A DNA stretch of 64,000 nt from Hypanus sabinus. Its lineage: Eukaryota. Where the stretch lies: positions 26,474,001-26,538,000 of the forward strand of contig NC_082722.1 in the NCBI RefSeq assembly GCF_030144855.1, written 5' to 3'. Numbering within the stretch: the first letter of the stretch is position 1; the number at the start of each line of letters is the position of its first letter. Both the position numbers and the translations under genes were made by a program. Of the stretch, positions 11,998 to 23,390 are shown piece after piece. The notes beneath the pieces are model-generated. The model was given only the letters and a program-made list of their open reading frames with translations. It searched no databases and had not been told where the DNA came from.

Positions 11998-13506
11998 TGT
12001 CATGGCCGGGTTCGTGAAATTTGCATACCGATTCAAAGTCCGGTCCAAGCCCCTTATTCCAGGTTTTCCGGGTTTCACCAGTTCTGTTGAGGCAGCTGAT
12101 GCTTGTTTGGGCTGGCCTCATAAATAGCTTCAGTATCCAGCCTCTGGCTGCTGGATTGTCCCTATTCACACAACTTGTCTGTATCCCTTCCCTTCATCTC
12201 CCTCCTGGAGCCTTGCCTTGCCTCGCCTCACCTCTGCCTGGAGCCTTGCCTTGCCTCGCCTCACCTCTGCCTGGAGCCTTGCCTTGCCTCGCCTCACCTC
12301 TGCCTGGAGCCTGGCCTTGCCTCGCCTTACCTCGGCATGGAGCTTTGCCTCGCCTCGCCTTGGTCTGGAGACATGCCTCGCCTCGTCTTGCCTTGCCTGT
12401 GTCTGGAGCCTTGCTCTGTTTGGAATTGTCTGTTGTGTCCACGCCTTCGCTCGGTGGGTGCGGCCGTTTTGCCGCTGCTTAGCTTTGGGAACTGCCTCGT
12501 CGTGTTCAGCGCTCTGTGTTATGAGTCCCGGCCCTACGTTCTGTACCAATGGAGGTGTCCCAGCTCTGTGTTCTGTGCGATGAGAACCGGCCCTATATCT
12601 TGTATCCAAGGAACAGTCCCGGCGCAATGTTCTGTGTTCCCGTCATGTAAATGTTCCTCGCCCAGCACAGGAATACATTGCCCAGCCCGGTGCTGGGATC
12701 CCCTCGTCCTATGCTGGGGTTCCGGTGTCTTGTCTAGGAGTCACTCGTCCAGTCCTGTTGTCTCTCCCTCCACCAAGGCTCTGTGTTCCCGTCATGTCCA
12801 TGTGCCTCGCCCAGCACAGGAGTACCTTGCCAGCCCGGTGCTGGGATTCCTTCATGCTGAGCTGGGGTTCCCTTGTCCTGTCCAGGAGGCTCAAGTCCAG
12901 TCCTGTTGTCTCTCCCTCGACCAAGTCTCTGTGTTTTTGTCTAGCCATCTGCCTCGCCCAGCCCAGGAGTACCTTGTCCAGCTCGGTGCTCGGATTCCCT
13001 TATCCTGTTCTGGGGTATCTCGTCCAGTCCTGTTATCTCTCCCTTGACCAAGGCTGTGTGTTCTCGTCATGTCCATGTGCCTCGCCCAGCACAGTAGTAC
13101 CTTGCCCAGCCCGCTGCTGGGATTCCCTCGTCCTGTGCTGGGGTTCCCTTCTCTTGTCCAGGAGTCTCACGTCCAGTCGTGTGCCTCTCCTCTTCCGGTA
13201 GTCCCATCTTGTCCTCGCCTGGTTCTGGAGTCCGAGCCCAAGTCAAGACCCAAGTTCTGGGTCCTTGTCCAATCTCTGGCTCGGAGCCCAAGCCCAGGCT
13301 CCTAGTTCCCAGTTCCATGTCCTGGTTTTGCTATCCTCGTCAAGTCCTAACGCATACCCGGAATCCTTGTCTCATCCAGGGCCTGCATCATGTCCAGCGT
13401 CCTTTCCCCACTTCCATTGCGTCCTTCTCACGCCTAGTGCTGATTCTGGTAGGTCAGTGTCTGTGTCTTGCATTTGGGCCAATTCCCGACGCCCCCCCTT
13501 ATGACA
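11998..13506. mobile_element. 1.5-kb solo LTR (Gypsy-like) in the last intron of the pseudogene
   Basis: Termini TGTCAT...ATGACA, flanked by AGTTC/AGTTG (5-bp TSD with one mismatch), with internal tandem repeats. Confidence 0.8.
12204..12345 (+). repeat. 33-bp minisatellite (CTGGAGCCTTGCCTTGCCTCGCCTCACCTCTGC)n
   Basis: About three near-perfect units plus decayed units. An imperfect longer tandem repeat follows at about 12600-13200. Confidence 0.92.
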
Positions 13507-14354
13507 AGTTGAATATGAAGTATTCATGATCAATTTTTACTATTGCTTTATACTCTGGAATGCTATGCCACTATTTCAGCAAAGCCAGTGCCATTTTTAT
13601 CATTTACTGTAACGACTACATCCATTGGTTCTACCAACTTCGATCGCAATTTAAGTGATTTACCAGCAAAATCAGTCAAATCGACAGAGGCTCAGGATGC
13701 CTCTCCCCTGTTTCCGGCTCAGGTTAAGCGAGAATTAACATCAGGACTTGCCATTTGCTCCAATATCCTCAACTTCAATAATGTGAGTAGTAAGGGTCAC
13801 AGTTTCAGTTTGCACCGTAGGGCCGAATTCTGATCAGGGCAATGATTACGATAATTCGACGCATGCGTCAAAGATAGTCAATAGGCCTGTGCCCAACCAC
13901 AGAAATTAGAGCAATGTAAGAAATAGACTTAGGAGAAGAAAAAACTGAGATGGTCAGAATTGAGAACCCCATCCTATTCCTAGGACTATTATAAGCGGTG
14001 ATTTGAAAATCTAAATATAGCGACTTCCAGCCTGAAACGGTCGAGATCCCGCCTCCGGTATGATGTATGGACAGTATCATTGCCCGCAGACAAAATGTTT
14101 TTCCAACAATATGTTAATCCTTGGTGTTACGTTTTACAACTTAATTTAGTTTATGATCACTGAGCTCTGCATCAGTGAGATGGATTAAATATGTTTTTTG
14201 ACAGACTGAACAAGCACTGGTTGAGCACTCCACTGCCTATGCTTCAATAAACCACAGGGAGAGCAAACCATTTCGCAAAGACCTACAACCGGAGGAGTGC
14301 GTTATCTATTCCCAGGTAAAGCAGAGAGATTAGAGACTATGATATAGATTTGCA

Positions 14355-14480
14355 TTAAAGATAGAGCACGGTAACAGGCCCTTCCGATACAACTAGCCCG
14401 TGCCGCTTAGTCAGACCCACGTGACCAATTGACCTCCTAACTTGTAAGTCATTGGAGGAAACCGGAGTATCCCAGTGGGT
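14355..14480 (-). mobile_element. V-SINE/HE1-like SINE fragment
   Basis: Reverse complement of the V-domain core (gggtgctccggtttcctcc-like), as in the copy at 57545. Confidence 0.6.
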
Positions 14481-14699
14481 TTATATATACATATATATAT
14501 ATATATGTATATATAATCATCCAAAAGGAATTTAATTTTACAAATTTGAGGATACCATTGACACTGTAACAAAATATAAAGTGAGTCATAGCTGATCCCC
14601 TTTCAGTGAAACAACTTCACTTTCTGGTACAAGCATAATATTTCTCTTCTATCTGTGGAGACTCCAACCTGAAGGCATAAATGTCGATTTCTCTAATAT

Positions 14700-15145
14700 T
14701 TGTGAATTTCTCTGTCATTCCGTTCTCTCTTTTTTTCCATTCTCCGTTTCACCTTTTATCTTCTTGTCATCTGCCCATCCGGCTGCCCTCCACCTACGTG
14801 CTCCTCCGCCTTCCATTTTGCAGGGTCCACTGTCCACCCGTCTCCGACTCCTTCATACACCGTTTTCCTTTTCCACCCGACACCTCCCAGCTTCCTACAT
14901 CATTCCCACCCCAGTCATCCACATACCTTCGCACTCACCTGGTTTCACCTGTCACCTGCTACTTTTCTCGCATCCCCTCCACACCTTTATATTCTGAATT
15001 CAATTCCCTCATTTCTAGTCCCGATAAAGCGTCTGTGTCAGAAACAATCGACCGTTCATTTACCTTCTTGCATGTTGCCTTTCCTAATTAATTCCTTCAG
15101 TATTCTGTTTGCATTCTTCAGGATTTCCAGTATCTGCAGAATCTC
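14700..15145 (+). mobile_element. Penelope-like element terminal-repeat fragment
   Basis: Pyrimidine-rich body followed by a decayed ctgatga...gaaac...gatgctgcc...gtatctgcagaatctc segment. Confidence 0.6.
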
Positions 15146-15803
15146 AAGAGATTACTTTTTCCTTGCTTTTACAAATTTGATTTCACATGTAATTTCCACG
15201 TGAGGAAACGCCAAAAAGGACAAAACTAGGAATGCCATCCTTCCCAACGCCCATTATCAGCTCCATAATAAACACGAGTGTCTGATAATAACCGAGGAGA
15301 ACTGAATTACCGGAAATACCGAATTGTGACAAAACTGTAATCAGACAGTCTGACTGACCAAAGTGCCAACGTTCATTCTATCAGTTATGAGCTGTCCACT
15401 GACAACAATGTCCATGTACATTGGGAACTGCGTTGGCAGGTGCAGCTCAGCAAACACCTGTGAGCTCCATAAATGAAACAGGATGCGGCAATCAGTCAAC
15501 GATGTCAAAAACAATGCGGTTGTTCTATAAGTTAGCCAATTGTTTTGTACCATATCTGCTATTTCAAAGATTTCTCTATACTCGTAGCTTGATTTTGTTT
15601 AAGTTCTTTTTAGGTAAAGAAAAAAATTGCTAATATATAAATCATTAAGGGAAATCTTGAAACAACGTTGACATAATTATGTTCAAGCAGAAGCAGCCTA
15701 AAGTTCATTACTGATTAGTACATCGCTAATTTATTTTACAATCGTGTGATTCAATTAGTCACTAAATGCTCGACTTACCGCTGATTTTGGATTCCTTTCA
15801 CAG

Positions 15804-15935
15804 ACTAAAGGAAATGGAGCTGACAAAATGACTTATGCCGCTGTGTAGATTCCCGATTCGAATTACACACAGACATCCAAACATCAAAGCAAACATACAT
15901 TGTACGCAGATGTAAATACATCAAAGAAACTCTGA
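15804..15935 (+). pseudogene. Cyt2 exon, TKGNGADKMTYAAV*IPDSNYTQTSKHQSKHTLYADVNTSKKL*
   Basis: Acceptor TTTCACAG, two Tyr motifs (MTYAAV, TLYADV), TAG at 15846-15848. Confidence 0.8.
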
Positions 15936-17218
15936 AGCTGAGAATCCAATTTCAGTTCATAGCCATATATTATCAATGAGTGTAGGCCAGCTCATCGCTG
16001 CGTTTCATTTCTTGCATCCATCAAAGGTTGACGATTGATATCACGTGTAACAATTGCGAAGGTAAATGATCATTTTGGTCTTCGACCTTTCTCCGATTCA
16101 TTAGAGGCAATTGTCACAAAATAAAACCAAAGAAGGAAAATGAATAAAAGAACAACAATAAAGTATCCCAGCTCTGTCTACTGCCCGGCCATTTAAGCTG
16201 ATCATGTCAGATATGCTCAGTCGTAGTCTCCTCCTCCGGTCGACTACCTAGACCCGATCATTCCAAGAAAAAAACACTTCCTTCCCCTTAAACGTTTCCG
16301 AATAGTTTTGCCCCCACTGACCCTACAGGATGAAAAGTATCACCATTGGCGAGGATTTTTTTTTGACATGGAAAACCCGCCAATTAAAAATCTATTCTTG
16401 CACGCTTGTGCAAGAAGCCTTCAACCGAGGGAAATATAGATCGGACGTTGTTCGAATATTCGCAGCGCGTTCTCGTGACAACACTTCTCTGGCTCAATTT
16501 TGATGGAGAGAGAAACAGAACAGAGATTTCTGACTGGTAACCCGATGAAACGTTATAAATCTAAGGCTTTCACTTTCTTTCTCACCCTTAAACACCCTTG
16601 ATTCTCCCGAGAACCTTTTACGTTATAACCGAAAGTATCGTGGAATTTGCAGTAATTACAAGATGATTGCAAAAAAAACCCTCTTTAACTTTGTCAACGA
16701 ACCCGATGGCTAGGAAAAAGTTTTGATTTTATGTGAAAAATCCATGCACATGAATAATATTACATAATTGGCGGGCTTACATCAACAGTCTCATCCGAAT
16801 GTTAAGAAAATTAGTTCAGTAGTCTCCTGTGTTAACTCGGTCTGTCAAATCGAAATTGATTTAAACGGACAACACTTATTTATTTGCTACATTTGAAGCT
16901 TCCCAAATCTTTCATCCCAACAGCTAAAAATACGTTTTCCTTTCTTATAAGTACTTTCAAAGAGCTAAATACTTCTTTTTTCAGTACAAGTTTCAATTAA
17001 CAAGCAGCTGTTAAATTAAAAAAAAACAATCCGGTCAGTATTTGTAAAGTGCATTTGAAACTGATAAGGTATCTGTAGCTTGTTTCCACTCGAATGTGAT
17101 TCCCATCAATCCCTTCCAGTCGGAGAATATACTTTGCAGTTCTAAACTCCAGGCTGGTACTTTTGCACTCAAATTGATTTCATGGGTATGGTTCCACACT
17201 TTACTTATTTACTGGACA

Positions 17219-17290
17219 GACTCTCTCTCCCTCTCCCTCTTTCTCTTTCTCTCGCTCACTCCCTCTCTCTCTCTCACGCAGCCAAACAGA

Positions 17291-17362
<72 letters not shown>
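17219..17362 (+). repeat. Compound (CT)n / (AC)~35 microsatellite
   Basis: Directly visible. The perfect AC run spans 17292-17362. Confidence 0.97.
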
Positions 17363-17366
<4 letters not shown>

Positions 17367-17789
17367 CTCTCGTTGCTGGAGGAGAGTTTACTGCCGATTA
17401 TCGAGTCGGATAACTCGAAAAAGAGAGAAGCAGCAGACTTTAGCACCGTAACCCAACGAGATTTTTATTTGTTGTTCCCTTCTCACGAGGTGTGACTCCT
17501 CTCTGTCCCTTTATTAAGGAGACAGGGAGATGGGGCACGTTGAATTCGTTGGCTTGTCGATTAGTTTTACTGTACTGCAAATGCTCGTCACTCTTGGGGT
17601 CTTTACAATTGTACGCTTGCAGGGGTAGGAGCAACAGTGGGGGGGAAGTGGTACTTGTGCGTGGAAGGGGAGGAGAAGGATCCCCAGAACCTTCTAACGT
17701 TTTCTAACGTTTCTAGCCTCATTTCTAACGTTTCTGCTGTCATTCATTGTTTGGGGCACTCTTCTGTTTCAATGGATGTCTGCGAATTT

Positions 17790-18680
17790 CACATTGTATA
17801 TTGTATGCATTCTCTGATAATAAATTGGATAACATACTGTTTCTCCAACGATTTGTATAGTTGAACATGACCTCGCAGATCCTGTACTCATTGCCCCAAA
17901 TTGCACTGAACGTCAGTAAGACGAAAGAGACGCATGTGGACTTCAGGAAGAGTAAGACGAAGGAATACACGCCAATCCTCATAGAGGGATCAGAAGTGAG
18001 GAGAACGATCACTTTCAAGCCCCTTAGTGTCAGGCTGCCTGTGGGTATAACCTAGATCCGATATATCGATGCAAATATGAAGAAGGCTAGGCAGCAACAA
18101 TCCTTCGTTACGTGTTTGAAGAGATGTGGTATATCAACAAATACACTCAATAACTTCTATAGGTGTACTGTGGAGAGCATTCTGACAGGCTGCGTCAGTG
18201 TCTGGTATGGGGCGGAGGGAGAAGGGGGAGCTACTGCGCAGGCCCGAAAGAAGGTGCAGATTGTCGTAGATTTAGTCAGATCGATCTTGGGTATAAGCCT
18301 ACAAAGTACTCAAGACGTGTTTAAGGGGTAGTGTTTCAGAAAGCAGTGTTCATTATAAAAGAGGTGCTGCACCCAAGGCATGCCCTTTTCTCACTGTTAC
18401 CAGCAAGTAGGAGGTATAGAAGCCTGAAGGCACACACTCAGCAATTCAGGATCAGCTTCTTCCCCTCTGCGATCGGATTCCTAAATGAACATTGACCCCG
18501 TAAAAACTACCACGGTAATCTATTTAATATAGGTATACTCTAGTAGATCCATTTAGCTACTTATTTCTGTATTTATTTGTTCTTCTTTTTCTACATTATG
18601 TATTGCATTGAACTGCTGCTGCTGCTAACTTCACAAACTTCTCGACACATGCCGGCGATAATAAACCTGATTCTTATTCC
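17790..18680 (+). mobile_element. Rex1/Babar-type LINE 3' fragment
   Basis: LNVSKTKE..DFRK and FYRCTVESILT motifs, with an aataaacctgattct tail. Confidence 0.8.
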
Positions 18681-19499
18681 GAATGTTGATTCAATTGTGA
18701 CAAACAACTTCTTGACCAGCTTGTCCACCTATGTCGACAAATTTACAGATCAACGTGCCTGTATCTCTGTCACACTGTTCCACTTCAACGCCCAGGGCAA
18801 TTTTTCTGCGCAATTCCTGCCCCAGTGTAACTAATAAAAATGCAGCACTTTGCAAATATCCGAGTTAAGCTCTAACCGCAATTGCTCGGCCCACATTCCC
18901 AGTTCCTCGTCTTAGTTAATTTTCACTGTCTGGTATATCAATAATTCCGCTAATCCTGAGATTTATTAACAACTTGAAAATAAGTTTAACTATTTCAGAG
19001 ATGCCAAACAATACTGGCACTAGGGCCTACCTCTTCATTACATCACTAGTTGCAATTCTTTACTCTTGGTATCAATTTTCCACTATCACTGTCTGATTCC
19101 TCTAGGAGAACAATTTTGTGTTCTTGTGTTCATTTGGCCGGCTGACTCTGGCTCTCGTGTCACCCAGCATTCTATACTAGATTGTTATACGGGACCGTGC
19201 AAAATTCAATTAAAATATAGTTCGCTGTCCTGCCATCTGCAATTGTCTGCATAGCTCTTGAAAATAAATATTTCAAGTTTGTGAGAGAGGATTCCCCATG
19301 AGCAATCCATGCTCACGGACACTATTATACTCGTCGCCTTTCCAAATTGTGATAGATTCTGTCCTTCATTCCAGTATCTTTCCCAGCACCGATATTTGGA
19401 TTGTCAGCTTTAGATGTGGGCCTTCTGAAATGAATGCGCATTGGCCACTTTTCAATGCTCCAGTAGCAAATTCCTGCTTAAAGACAGTACTGACTTCCC

Positions 19500-22400
19500 G
19501 CTTATTTAAAACGAGAACTTCGCGGGCGTTCACCCATTGTGCGGGGTATATCAGCGACGGCAACTGAGCTCGACGAACTAAGGCAAAGTGCAGAATGGTT
19601 AGGCGGAGAGGCCATTGGCGGGAGTAGGCCAATTGCGAGAGTAGAAGCGACAGGCTATGGCTCTTTCAGGCTTTTACGAAAGCGGGCTTCGACGAGTAGG
19701 TGGACTTTCTTTGGTTTTTCTTTGCAATTTTAGAGGAATAACATGTTGGTAGGCTTAGTATTTTGCTCTGAATGTTAGATGTGGGAATCCCGGAAATATT
19801 CCAGTCTCCCAGAAAGCAACATTTACGCCTGGTGCACCGAGATACAGCTCCTGACAGTCCGTGTTAGGGATCTCAAGCTGCGGTTCGATGACCTACAGCT
19901 TATTAGGGAGAGTGAATAGAAGATTGAGAGGAGCTACATGGAGCTAGTCACCCCGAGGCTGCATCGTCAGAGAAACAGAGTAAAGAGCTCATAAAGCAGA
20001 GAGCATCCACGTGGCCACTCCCCTCGGAAATCATTACCTTGATTTGGAAGCGGTTGAGCGGGATGACTTGACAGAGGACGACCACGGCGGTCGGGTCTGT
20101 GGCCATATGCCCGGTTCCATGGTGCAGAAGGGAAAGGTGAAGATGAGGAATGCAGTAATCAGAGGGGTTTCCATAGTGAGGGAGCAGACAGGAGCTCCTG
20201 TCAGCCTGATAGAGGTACCTGCATGGTTTGTTGCCTCCCATGTTCCAGGGAACGGGGTGTCTAGGATCGGCTACATAGTATTGTGAAGGCAGAGGGTGAA
20301 CATCCAGACGTTGTGGTACACTTTTGTACGAATGACATAGGTAGAAAAAGGGAGGAGGTCCTGAAAAGAGAATTCAGTGATTTAAGTAGGAAGCTGAAAG
20401 GCAGGACTACTATAGCAGTAATCTCAGTATTGCTACCTGTGCCACTTGCTAGCCAGTGCAAGAATATCATGATCAGGCGTATTAATATGTGGCTGATAGA
20501 CTGAAGTATGTGGCAGGGCTTCAGATTCCTGGATCATTCGGGCGGCTTCTGGAGAAGTATGACCCGTACAAAGAGAACAGACTACACCTGAACCCAAAGG
20601 CGTCCAAAATCCTAGCAGGCACATTTAATAGATAGGTTAGAACGCGTTTAAAATAATTCGACAGGGGGCTTGGAAACGAAGTGATAGGGTCGAGAAAGCG
20701 GAGAACAGAAATAAATCAAAGATAGAGTGCAAAAGATATTATAGAAAGAACAGTCAAGAGATGAGACTTAATCACAGCCACTGGCATGGGTTACAGGGCA
20801 ATACAGACGTGGTGTAGTTAAAGCAGAAAACAACACATACTGGACTGAACGTGTTACATTTGGATACATGCAGCATAAAAAATAAAGTTGGACGATTTTG
20901 AAATTCAGCTACAGATTGCATCCATCGCAGGATATTGGCTAAACGATGACTGTCATTGGGAGCCTCGGTTACACGGTGTATCAGAAAGATAGATTAGTAG
21001 GCAGAGGGGGTGGGGTGGCTCTAGGAAATCATATTAAATCATTATAAAGAGATGACATAGGACTGGAAGGTGTTGAGACTCTTGGGTTCAGTTAAGAAAT
21101 GGCAAAGGTAAAAAGACCCTAATGGCAGTTGTATGCAGCCCTCCAAACAGCATCCGGGATGTTGATTTCAATTTACAGAGGAGATAGAAAAGGCGTGCCA
21201 GAAAGGCAATGTCATGATCATCGTGGGGATTTTAACATTGAAGTGCATTGGAAACCCAGGTCAGTACTGGACCTCGAGAGAGAACTTTCAGAATGTTCAA
21301 AGGAGGGACTTCTAGAACAGCTAGCTGTTGAGCCCAAGAGGAGAGTGGCTGTGTTGGATTGGGTCTTCTGCATTGATCCGGAGGTGATAAGAAAGCTTAA
21401 TGTTATGGAACTCTTAGGGAACAGATGTCACAACATGATCGAGTTCACACTGAAATTTCAGAGGGAAAAAATAAATTCCAATGTGTCATTATTTCAGTGG
21501 TATAAAGGACATTACAATGGCAGGAGAGGGGAATTGGTCGAAGTTGACTCCAAAAGGACATTTGCAAGAAAGAGAGCAGAGCATAAANNNNNNNNNNNNN
21601 NNNNNNNNNNNNNNNNNNNNNNNNNNNNNNNNNNNNNNNNNNNNNNNNNNNNNNNNNNNNNNNNNNNNNNNNNNNNNNNNNNNNNNNNNNNNNNNNNNNN
21701 NNNNNNNNNNNNNNNNNNNNNNNNNNNNNNNNNNNNNNNNNNNNNNNNNNNNNNNTGCAAGACGGATATATTCCAAATAAGAAGAAATTTTCAAAGGGAT
21801 GAAGGACACCACCGTGGCTAACAAGTGAAGTCAGTGCCAAAGAAAAGGCGAAAGGGAGGGCATATAAGCACATCAAAGCTGGTGGGAAGATAAAGGATTG
21901 GAAAGCTTTTAAAAACCTGCAGAAGGAAACTAAGAAGCTCATTACGAAGGAGGAGATAAATTATTATAGGAAGCTAGTGAATAATATCAAAGAAGATACT
22001 AAAAGTATTCTTTAAGTATTTAAAGAGTAAAGGGCAGTCGAGGGTATATCGAGGACCAATATAATATAACGCTGGAGTTGTTGTGATAAGAGATGCAGAA
22101 ATGGCAGAGGAACTGATTGCGTATTTTGCATCAGTCTTCACAGCGGAAGACGTCTGTAGAATACCGGGCATTCAAGAGTGTCATGGAAGTGAAGTTTATA
22201 AAATGCAAATTACGACTGAGAAGGTGCTCAGGAAGCTTAATGGACTGATGGTGGATAAATCATCTGGACCTGTTAGACTGCACCCTCAGGTTCTGAAGGA
22301 AGTAGCTGCGGCGATTGATGAGGCATTAACAATGATCTTTCAAGAATCGATAGATTCTAGCATTGTACCGGAGGACTGGAAAATTTTAAAGGTCAATCTT

Positions 22401-23390
22401 CTATTTAAAAATGGTGGGAGACAGCAGAAAGGAAACTCTAGACCTGTTAGCCTGACATCAGTGTTTGGGAAATTGTTGGAATCGATTGTTAGAAATTCAG
22501 ATTGCAAAGTACCTATAGGCACCTGACAAGATAGGTGAAAGCTAGCATGGTTTCCTGAATGAAAAATCCTGTCTGACAAGCCTGCTGCAATTCTTTGAAG
22601 AAATTACAAATATCGTAGATGCAATACACGTGGTCTACCACAGGGGTCAGAGTGGGGCCTGCTGCTTTTCACGATGCATGTCAATGATTCGGACTATGGT
22701 ATTATTAGATTTGTGGCTAAATTTGCCGATGATACAAAGGTGGGACCAGACGGTGTATTGTGTGCAGTTTTGTGCCCCTTACTTTAGAATGGATATACTG
22801 ACATTGAAGATGGTGCAGAGAAGAATCACAAGAATAACTCCAGGAATGAAAGGGCTACCGCATGAGGAACGTCTGGCAACTCTTTGGCTGTATTCCCTGG
22901 AGATCAGGGGAATGAGTAGGATTCTCAAAGAAGCATTCCGAATGTTAAAATGTTTGAACTGATTCGATATGGCAATGTTATTTCTCATGCTAAGCGATTG
23001 TAGTACAAGAGGTTACAACTTCAGGATTGAAGGACGTCCAGTTAGAACTGAGATACGGAAAAATTACTTCAGTCGGAGGCTGGTGTATCTGTGTAATTTG
23101 TTACCACGAGCGGCTGTGGAGTCCGAGTGATCGGGAGTACTTAACAAAGAGGTAGACGGTTTCTTCATTGGTCAGGGCATCGAGGGTATGGGGAAAAGGC
23201 AGGGGAGTGGGGATGACTGGAATAATTGCATTAGCCCTCGATTGTATGGTGGAGGAGACTCGATGAGCCGAATTTTCTTTTCCTATAGCTTATGATTGTT
23301 CTTATGGTCTTACGGTCTCTGCAAGAAATAGTGGAGCAGATCCCATCGTCAAAATGGCCAGAATCTGCTCCTATATCTTATGGTGTTACA
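19500..23390 (+). mobile_element. Near full-length but internally deleted and degenerate CR1 (SGNH-esterase ORF1, then EN-RT ORF2)
   Basis: ORF1 VVVHFCTNDIGRK, endonuclease remnants, RT (NSRPVSLTSV; KFADDTK) and a ttatgg-type tail. Confidence 0.9.
21588..21755. other. Assembly gap (168 N)
   Basis: Run of N inside the CR1 copy. Confidence 1.

Larger units (their letters stand above)
5602..15935 (+). pseudogene. Paralogous (V)-C1-TM-Cyt1-Cyt2 receptor pseudogene
   Basis: Exon order and sizes match the intact gene. The C1 exon is frameshifted, Cyt1 has an in-frame TGA, Cyt2 has a TAG after the first Tyr motif, and no intact V exon was found. Confidence 0.82.

Noticed and set aside
12204-13200. 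Regularly spaced repeats as a CRISPR-like array
   Set aside because: The units are head-to-tail with no unique spacers, the context is a vertebrate LTR, and there are no cas genes.
12166-13529. Many long overlapping ORFs (up to 290 aa)
   Set aside because: They are by-products of stop-poor tandem repeats inside the solo LTR and have no domain signature.
13543-13833. 96-aa Ser/Thr-rich ORF as a mucin-like stalk exon
   Set aside because: It lies between two cytoplasmic exons, its splice phases do not fit, and it has no counterpart in the intact gene.
17096-17451. THTHTH / CVCVCV ORFs
   Set aside because: They are translations of the microsatellite.
21445-21942. ORFs spanning X runs
   Set aside because: They are artefacts of the N gap within a CR1 copy.
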